Shown: positions 58,355 through 64,000 of the stretch, piece after piece
How positions within the stretch are numbered: the first letter of the stretch is position 1
How the letters are laid out: every line of letters starts with the position of its first letter
Origin: Celeribacter sp.
GTDB taxonomy: Bacteria; Pseudomonadota; Alphaproteobacteria; Rhodobacterales; Rhodobacteraceae
DNA: 64,000 nucleotides
Direction of reading: 5' to 3'
Assembly (NCBI RefSeq): GCF_048259695.1
Contig: NZ_JBLXHL010000003.1
Span: 358,304 to 422,303, forward strand
Notes under the pieces: generated by a model
Seen by the model: the letters and a program-made list of their open reading frames with translations, nothing else
Told to the model about the DNA's origin: nothing
Databases searched by the model: none
Translations under genes and position numbers: made by a program

Positions 58355-60175
58355 TTAGGCGACTTGATCGCGGTCCTCGGCTTGGGCCGCCCACATGGCG
58401 GAATACTTGCCGTGGCGGCTCAACAGATCCTCATGGGTGCCGCGCTCGACCACATTGCCCGCCTCCAGAACCACGATCTCGTCGGCGTCCGCCACGGTGG
58501 ACAGGCGGTGTGCGATGGTGATGACGGTGCGGCCTTTTCCGGCCTCTTTGAGCGCATCCAGAATGTCGCGCTCGGTCTGGGTATCAAGCGCCGATGTTGC
58601 CTCGTCCAAGAGCAGGATCGGCGGGTCTTTCAGCAGCGTACGGGCAATGCCGACCCGCTGTTTCTCGCCCCCCGACAACTTGAGGCCCCGTTCGCCCACC
58701 TGGGTGTCGTAGCCCTCGGGCAGGCTTTGGACAAAATCATGTATGCGGGCCTTTTTGGCCGCGGCAATCACCTCGTCAAGCGTGGCGCCCCCGCGCCCGT
58801 AGGCGATGTTGTAGCGGATGGAGTCGTTGAACAGCACCGTGTCCTGCGGTACGACCCCGATGGCACGGTGCAGGCTCTCCTGGGTCACGTCGCGCACGTC
58901 CTGACCGTCGATTTTGAGCCCGCCGCCGGTGACATCGTAGAACCGGAACAACAGCCGTCCGATGGTCGATTTGCCCGACCCCGACGGGCCGACAATGGCA
59001 AGCGTTTTACCCGCAGGCACCTCGATCGAGACGCCGTGCAGGATTTCACGGGCGGGATCATAGCCAAAGGTGACCTGATCCAGATGCACCGCCCCGCCAT
59101 TGACCACGACGGGGGCCGCGCCCTCTTTGTCCGTGATTTCAGCGGGTTGGTGCAAAAGCGTGAACATTTCCTCCATATCGACAAGCGCCTGACGGATGTT
59201 GCGATACATCGAGCCGAGGAAATTGAGCGGCATGGTGATCTGGATGACAAAGGCATTGACCATGACGAAATCACCGACCGTAATCGTACCGTTCTGTACG
59301 CCGAACGCGGCCAGAACCATCGACCCGATCAGGCCACAGGTGATGATGAACGACTGGCCGAAGTTGAGAAAGGCGAGGGAATTCTCGGTCTTGATCGACG
59401 CCTTTTCATAGCCCGCCATCGCCACATCATACCGCGCCGCCTCACGACTTTCGGCGACGAAGTATTTCACCGTTTCAAAATTGAGCAGACTGTCGATGGC
59501 CTTTTGGTTGGCATCGGTATCAAGGTCGTTCATTTCCTTGCGGATTTTCACACGCCATTCGGTGACTTTGAGGGTGAAGACGATGTAGCCGACAAAGGTG
59601 AACAGCAAGATGATCATATAGGGCCAACCGAGTTTGGCCCCGACGATGACCAGAACCATCAACAGCTCCAACACCAGTGGGCCGATGGAAAACACAAGGA
59701 ACTGCAACAAGAAGGCAACGCCCTTGACCCCGCGCTCCATAATGCGGCTCAACCCGCCGGTTTTACGGGTGATGTGGTAGCGCATGGAGAGCGCGTGAAT
59801 ATGGTTGAAGGTCTCAAGCGCAAGCGCGCGCAGGGCTGCGTTGGACACGGGGGCAAAGACCACGTTGCGCAACTGTTGAAAGCCGTTGGACATCACACGC
59901 GCACCGCCGTAACCGACCGTGAGGCCAATCGCGCCAAGCGCCATATACCACGCGGCACTGTCGCCCTCGCCCGCCAGTTTGTCGACGGTCCACCCGTAGA
60001 TCAGCGGTGTGACCGCCGTCAGCACCTTTGCGATGGCCAGAAAGGCGAGAGCGATGATCACGCGAACGCGGACCGGGCGGTCGTCCTTGGGCCAGAAATA
60101 CGGCACCACGCGGCGGATGACCATCATGCCGTCAGCGGGGCCTTTGGTCGTGGTTAAACTGGGGCGTCCGCGCAT
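58355..60175 (-). CDS. ABCB-family exporter (Atm1/HMT1-like)
   Basis: RKTGGLSR, DSLLNFETVKYF, GPSGSGKST, LSGGEKQRV, DEATSALD; start MRGRP assumed. Confidence 0.92.
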   Translation of the reverse strand: MRGRPSLTTTKGPADGMMVIRRVVPYFWPKDDRPVRVRVIIALAFLAIAKVLTAVTPLIYGWTVDKLAGEGDSAAWYMALGAIGLTVGYGGARVMSNGFQQLRNVVFAPVSNAALRALALETFNHIHALSMRYHITRKTGGLSRIMERGVKGVAFLLQFLVFSIGPLVLELLMVLVIVGAKLGWPYMIILLFTFVGYIVFTLKVTEWRVKIRKEMNDLDTDANQKAIDSLLNFETVKYFVAESREAARYDVAMAGYEKASIKTENSLAFLNFGQSFIITCGLIGSMVLAAFGVQNGTITVGDFVMVNAFVIQITMPLNFLGSMYRNIRQALVDMEEMFTLLHQPAEITDKEGAAPVVVNGGAVHLDQVTFGYDPAREILHGVSIEVPAGKTLAIVGPSGSGKSTIGRLLFRFYDVTGGGLKIDGQDVRDVTQESLHRAIGVVPQDTVLFNDSIRYNIAYGRGGATLDEVIAAAKKARIHDFVQSLPEGYDTQVGERGLKLSGGEKQRVGIARTLLKDPPILLLDEATSALDTQTERDILDALKEAGKGRTVITIAHRLSTVADADEIVVLEAGNVVERGTHEDLLSRHGKYSAMWAAQAEDRDQVA

Positions 60176-60319
60176 GGGAAATACTCTTTCGGGATGTGGA
60201 ATGTCACAATGGGTCAGACTTAATGGTCCGGGAGCCAGACGCAAGGTACAACCTGTCGCACGGGGGCTGTGCGCAGGGTGGTTTGCGGCATTTTCCGTGA
60301 AAAACGGCCGCGCGCCGCG

Positions 60320-62050
60320 TTATTGCGGCAGCACGAACACCTGTCCGGGGTAAATCAGGTCGGGATCACGAATTTGAGCTTTGTTGGCGTCAAACACCCG
60401 CGCGAACAAGAACCCGTCACCGTAGCGGTCGGAGGCAATGCCCCAAAGCGTATTGCCCGGTTGGACGGTGATGGATGCGATGCGCGAGGGCGGTGCTGTT
60501 TCCGTTCGGGCGGGGTCGCTCGCGGGGGGCGGCGCCTGTACCGCCGCGCCCTGTACAGCCGCGTCCTGTGTCCCGCCGTCGTGTACCGCAGAGCCATCCT
60601 CCCCCCCGGAACCGGACGCAACCTGTGTGGGGGCCTCCGTCGTTTCGGTCGCATCCGCACTGGCCGTATCCGCTGTGGCCGTATCTTCGCGGGTCGCATC
60701 GGGTCCGGTCGCGATGGCGTTGCTGTCTTGTCCGGCCTGACCTGCGATTTGCGCCAGAATGGCGATGTCTTCGCGTTTGAACGGGGTTTCGGCGCGGGTC
60801 ACGACCTTGCCATCCGGTCCGATCTGGTCGGCGCGTAGGGTGTAGACCCCCGCCGCCACATCTTTGAGTTCAACACGCCATTGCCCGTCTGCACCGGCAC
60901 GGGTTTCGGCGGCCAGAACGGTATCGAGGTACAGGCGCATAATCGCACCATTTGGCGCACGGCCCGAGGCAAACACACGCCCGTCGGGATCATAGGTCAG
61001 CGCATCGATGCGCACCGTGGTGGCATCCGACCCCGCCTGTTGGATGACTTTGACACCCTCATTGTCGGCTTTGAGGACGGTTGGGGTTTGGTCCATGGGT
61101 GCGGATGTGGCGGCAACTCGGGCCGTACCCGTCCTGTCCGCTGTAGCGTTTGCGGCATCGTTTGAGGTGGCCGCGGCGGTGACAGCATCGGGCGCTGTCG
61201 GGGCGGCCTCCTGTCGCGCGGTCCCGGCGGTCGCCGCGACCTGGGTGTCCGCGACGGCGGCAGCCCCCTGATCAACGGCGGCAACCGCGGGGGCGACGAC
61301 AATACTCGCGGCGGCAAAGGTGGTTTTCCCGTCTTTGATCACGCCAACGGTCATTTCGCGGACCTTATCGGCGGCCATGAGATCGAACAACGCCACGAAT
61401 TCGCCACGCGCATTGGTGGTGGACCGGCTCACTTCGACACCGTCAACGTAAATCACCACATCGGTATCGGCGGGCGCATGTCCTGCGACGGTGGTCATGC
61501 CATCGGGGGGGATGCGCACGATATCGAGCGTCACAGGCGCCCCGTCCAGGGCAACCCCGTCGGGAACGGCTTCGGCGGTAGTGGTTGGTGTCGGGGTGGT
61601 TGGTGTCGGGGTGGCGGACGCCACTGCGTCTGTCCCGCCCGTGTCGTCGTCGGGTGTTTCGGAGGAGACCGGTGCGCCAGAGGCCGCGCCATCAGGGGAT
61701 ATCCCGTCCGCCACATCTGTGGTGGGCTTTACGTCCGCAGGCTGCGCCTTCGTACCGGCTGCACTCGTATCCGCCACAGCCGTGTCTGTCGCAGTCGCAT
61801 CCGCATCCGCCATAGCCGCATCCTTTTGCGGCGGCGCATCCGGCGTGGACGTGGAGGGAGAGGGCGCAGGTTGCGCTATGGTCCCTGTGGCCCCCAACGG
61901 CCCGGCCGTGTCTGTCGCGACGGGACCGGCAGGCGCGGGTTTATCCGGTGCGCCGACCCAAAGACCGACACCGATGGCCGCGATGAGCGCGATCACCGAA
62001 GCCGCAGCGATCGGCATCGCGGCGCTGCTGAATGCATTCTTGTCTGACAT
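60320..62050 (-). CDS. LysM peptidoglycan-binding protein with Ig-like repeats and low-complexity linkers
   Basis: N-terminal TM, C-terminal LysM VQPGNTLWGIA..IRDPDLIYPGQ; start MSDKN. Confidence 0.85.
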   Translation of the reverse strand: MSDKNAFSSAAMPIAAASVIALIAAIGVGLWVGAPDKPAPAGPVATDTAGPLGATGTIAQPAPSPSTSTPDAPPQKDAAMADADATATDTAVADTSAAGTKAQPADVKPTTDVADGISPDGAASGAPVSSETPDDDTGGTDAVASATPTPTTPTPTTTAEAVPDGVALDGAPVTLDIVRIPPDGMTTVAGHAPADTDVVIYVDGVEVSRSTTNARGEFVALFDLMAADKVREMTVGVIKDGKTTFAAASIVVAPAVAAVDQGAAAVADTQVAATAGTARQEAAPTAPDAVTAAATSNDAANATADRTGTARVAATSAPMDQTPTVLKADNEGVKVIQQAGSDATTVRIDALTYDPDGRVFASGRAPNGAIMRLYLDTVLAAETRAGADGQWRVELKDVAAGVYTLRADQIGPDGKVVTRAETPFKREDIAILAQIAGQAGQDSNAIATGPDATREDTATADTASADATETTEAPTQVASGSGGEDGSAVHDGGTQDAAVQGAAVQAPPPASDPARTETAPPSRIASITVQPGNTLWGIASDRYGDGFLFARVFDANKAQIRDPDLIYPGQVFVLPQ

Positions 62051-62170
62051 ATACCCTGTTCCGTCCCATCGTTTCCCCACCCTTTCTACGAAGGGTTGAG
62101 GCAGCCTAGCAACGGGGCTAACAAGGGTCAAAGACTTCTTTTGTTTCAATCCCCTGCATGTGAGGCCCCC

Positions 62171-62761
62171 ATGACCAGACCCGCGACCGACCCCGCATCC
62201 CGATCCGCGACCCCTGCCCTGTCTGTCTGCGTCTATTGCGGCGCCCGCGAGGGTGCCAAACCGTCCTACATGGCGGCGGCGACCGAGGTGGGGCGGATGA
62301 TCGCGGATGAGGGATGGCGGTTGGTCTATGGTGCGGGCGATGTCGGCCTGATGGGCGCGGTGGCGCGCGCGGCACAGACCGCAGGGGGCGACACCTTTGG
62401 CGTGATCCCCGTGCATCTGTTGAATATGGAGGTGGGCAAACGCGATTTGACCTCCTTTATCGTCACCGAAACCATGCACGAACGCAAAAAGGTCATGTTC
62501 ATGAACGCCGATGCGATTGTGGTGTTGCCCGGCGGGGCCGGCTCGCTCGACGAGTTTTTCGAGGTCTTGACGTGGAAACAGATCGGGCTGCATGACAAAC
62601 CGGTTTTCTTGCTGTCCACTGATGACTATTGGGCGCCGCTACAGGGCCTCGTTGATCATGTCATTGCCGAAGGTTTTGCCGCCGACAGCCTTGCCACCTT
62701 GTTTCACACCATCTCTTCGATCGGGGAACTTGCGGCGGCCTTGCGCGCTTTGCGGGCCTGA
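62171..62761 (+). CDS. LOG family protein (TIGR00730)
   Basis: VCVYCGA, LVYGAGDVGLMG, MHERK, LPGGAGSLDE. Confidence 0.92.
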   Translation: MTRPATDPASRSATPALSVCVYCGAREGAKPSYMAAATEVGRMIADEGWRLVYGAGDVGLMGAVARAAQTAGGDTFGVIPVHLLNMEVGKRDLTSFIVTETMHERKKVMFMNADAIVVLPGGAGSLDEFFEVLTWKQIGLHDKPVFLLSTDDYWAPLQGLVDHVIAEGFAADSLATLFHTISSIGELAAALRALRA

Positions 62762-63660
62762 CGGTCGGCGCGGAACGCCTGTAGCGAGAACAGTGTCACC
62801 GCGATCCACACCAACGGCAGGGCGACCGCGTGGAACGAGGTCATCACCTGACCGAAAATCATAACGGATACAATAAGCTGCAATGAGGCGTTGTAGTAAT
62901 GCCCAAGCCCCAATGTGGACAGGGCCACGCGGTTGGCCGCCATGGCAAACAACACCAAAGGCACCCCCGTCATCACGCCGGAGAAGACCAGTAACAGACT
63001 GTCGCGCCACGACGACCCGAACGCGCCTGCGGCCTGCGTGTCACTGCCTCCCCATCCCCAGATCTGCGCCCCGATGAGGTAGGACAGGGACAGCGGCACA
63101 AGCAATGTCGTCTCGGCAGCCATGGCAAGGGTCGGCCCCGCTTCGAGCCCCTTTTTAAAGCCGCTATAGGCGATGAAACTGGCGGACATGGCCAATGACA
63201 ACCACGGCGCATGGCCAAGACCCACAGTGAGCACCGCAACCGCGATCAGCGCCAGAACCATTGCGGGCCATTGCAGCCCCTTGAGGCGTTCGGAAAACAC
63301 CACCCACCCGACCACGGCGGCCATAATCGGCGAGATGTAATAGGCCAGTGAGGCCTCGAACGTTTGGTTGTTCTGGATCGCATAAACGAACAGGAACCAG
63401 TTGACCGAAACAAAAAACGCCGCGGGCGCAATACGGTACAGCCCGCCCCACGCCGAACGCGGCGACAGCACGCGCCACAGCTCCCGCATACGGCCCTGCA
63501 GTGCGATGATCGAAAAGAACGCGACAAACGACCATACCGTGCGATGCGCCAAAATCTCCAACGCGGGGACATGGCTGATCTCGCGATAATACAACGCCGA
63601 CAGCCCCCAAATGGTATAGGCGCCGACGAGGGTTAAAAATCCGGTTGTGCGATCACTCAT
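62704..63660 (-). CDS. rarD: RarD-like EamA family transporter
   Basis: EILAHR.VWS, VSVNWFLF, ASLAYYISP, VFSERL; 3' end overlaps the LOG gene. Confidence 0.85.
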   Translation of the reverse strand: MSDRTTGFLTLVGAYTIWGLSALYYREISHVPALEILAHRTVWSFVAFFSIIALQGRMRELWRVLSPRSAWGGLYRIAPAAFFVSVNWFLFVYAIQNNQTFEASLAYYISPIMAAVVGWVVFSERLKGLQWPAMVLALIAVAVLTVGLGHAPWLSLAMSASFIAYSGFKKGLEAGPTLAMAAETTLLVPLSLSYLIGAQIWGWGGSDTQAAGAFGSSWRDSLLLVFSGVMTGVPLVLFAMAANRVALSTLGLGHYYNASLQLIVSVMIFGQVMTSFHAVALPLVWIAVTLFSLQAFRADRQARKARKAAASSPIEEMV

Positions 63661-63715
63661 AGGCTCACAAACGCGAAATTCCGGCGGCGGGCAAGACCAA
63701 AACCGCTCCGCGCGC

Positions 63716-64000
63716 TCAATCGGGGGCACACAGGGTCACGACCGTGAGTTCGGGTGGCATGTTGAACCGCACGGGAAGCTCGGAACACCCGATCCCGCCC
63801 GAGAGGATCATCACACGGCCCTCGGCGTCATAGCGCCCGTAGGAATAGGTTTCCTGTTCGGCGGCCATGATGACGGGCGACAGCGCCCCGATCCGGATTT
63901 GTCCGCCATGCGTATGGCCCGAAAGCGTCACCGCACATTGCGCGGGGACATGCGGAAACAGGTCCGGCTCATGCGCCAGAAGGATCACGGGAGCCTCGTC
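63716..64000 (-). CDS. Metallophosphoesterase, 3' fragment
   Basis: LLAHEPD, LSGHTHGGQI, VSG-type SGGIG, RFNMPPE; open to the window edge. Confidence 0.85.
   Translation of the reverse strand, partial: DEAPVILLAHEPDLFPHVPAQCAVTLSGHTHGGQIRIGALSPVIMAAEQETYSYGRYDAEGRVMILSGGIGCSELPVRFNMPPELTVVTLCAPD

Noticed and set aside
3428-60157. Many long antisense/alternate-frame ORFs (e.g. 3428-4771, 11490-12905, 30264-31799, 41935-43038, 57109-58260, 57998-60157)
   Set aside because: They shadow well-supported genes on the opposite strand, as expected in high-GC DNA, and show no recognisable motifs.
60320-62593. 757-aa extension of the LysM ORF to 62593
   Set aside because: The region above 62050 is the antisense shadow of the LOG gene; the N-terminal TM follows MSDKN.

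Overview
GC-rich core-chromosome segment of an alphaproteobacterium; gene content and order point to Rhodobacteraceae/Roseobacter group (inference). It holds about 65 CDS: a branched-chain amino-acid-type ABC transporter, class II DAHP synthase, gmk, the phoR-pstSCAB-phoU-phoB cluster with Pho boxes, a LuxR solo, rpsB-tsf, psuK/psuG, a bdhA-pentapeptide-patatin operon, mfd, hemB, a split-methionine-synthase/corrinoid-reactivation cluster, zwf-pgl-pgi, an orphan radical SAM, a cobK-cbiD/cobA-cobB islet, trgAB, a sigmaE-type photolyase + fatty-acid methylase operon, an Atm1-like ABC transporter, and LysM, LOG and RarD genes. There is one tRNA-Gly(CCC). No mobile elements or CRISPR arrays were seen. 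The most interesting signal is non-coding. A promoter-and-terminator-bounded ~76-nt sRNA candidate (24495-24570, minus strand) is extensively complementary to the long, terminator-ended 3' UTR of a 74-aa membrane-peptide gene 3 kb away (27438-27468). This suggests a trans sRNA-sponge/target pair or a type I toxin-antitoxin-like pair. Other leads are a second structured ncRNA candidate behind the LuxR solo, two small proteins missed by the ORF track, CtrA-like boxes, a LacI-type operator and shared Gly/Arg tails on the corrinoid proteins. All calls are by eye and no searches were run.
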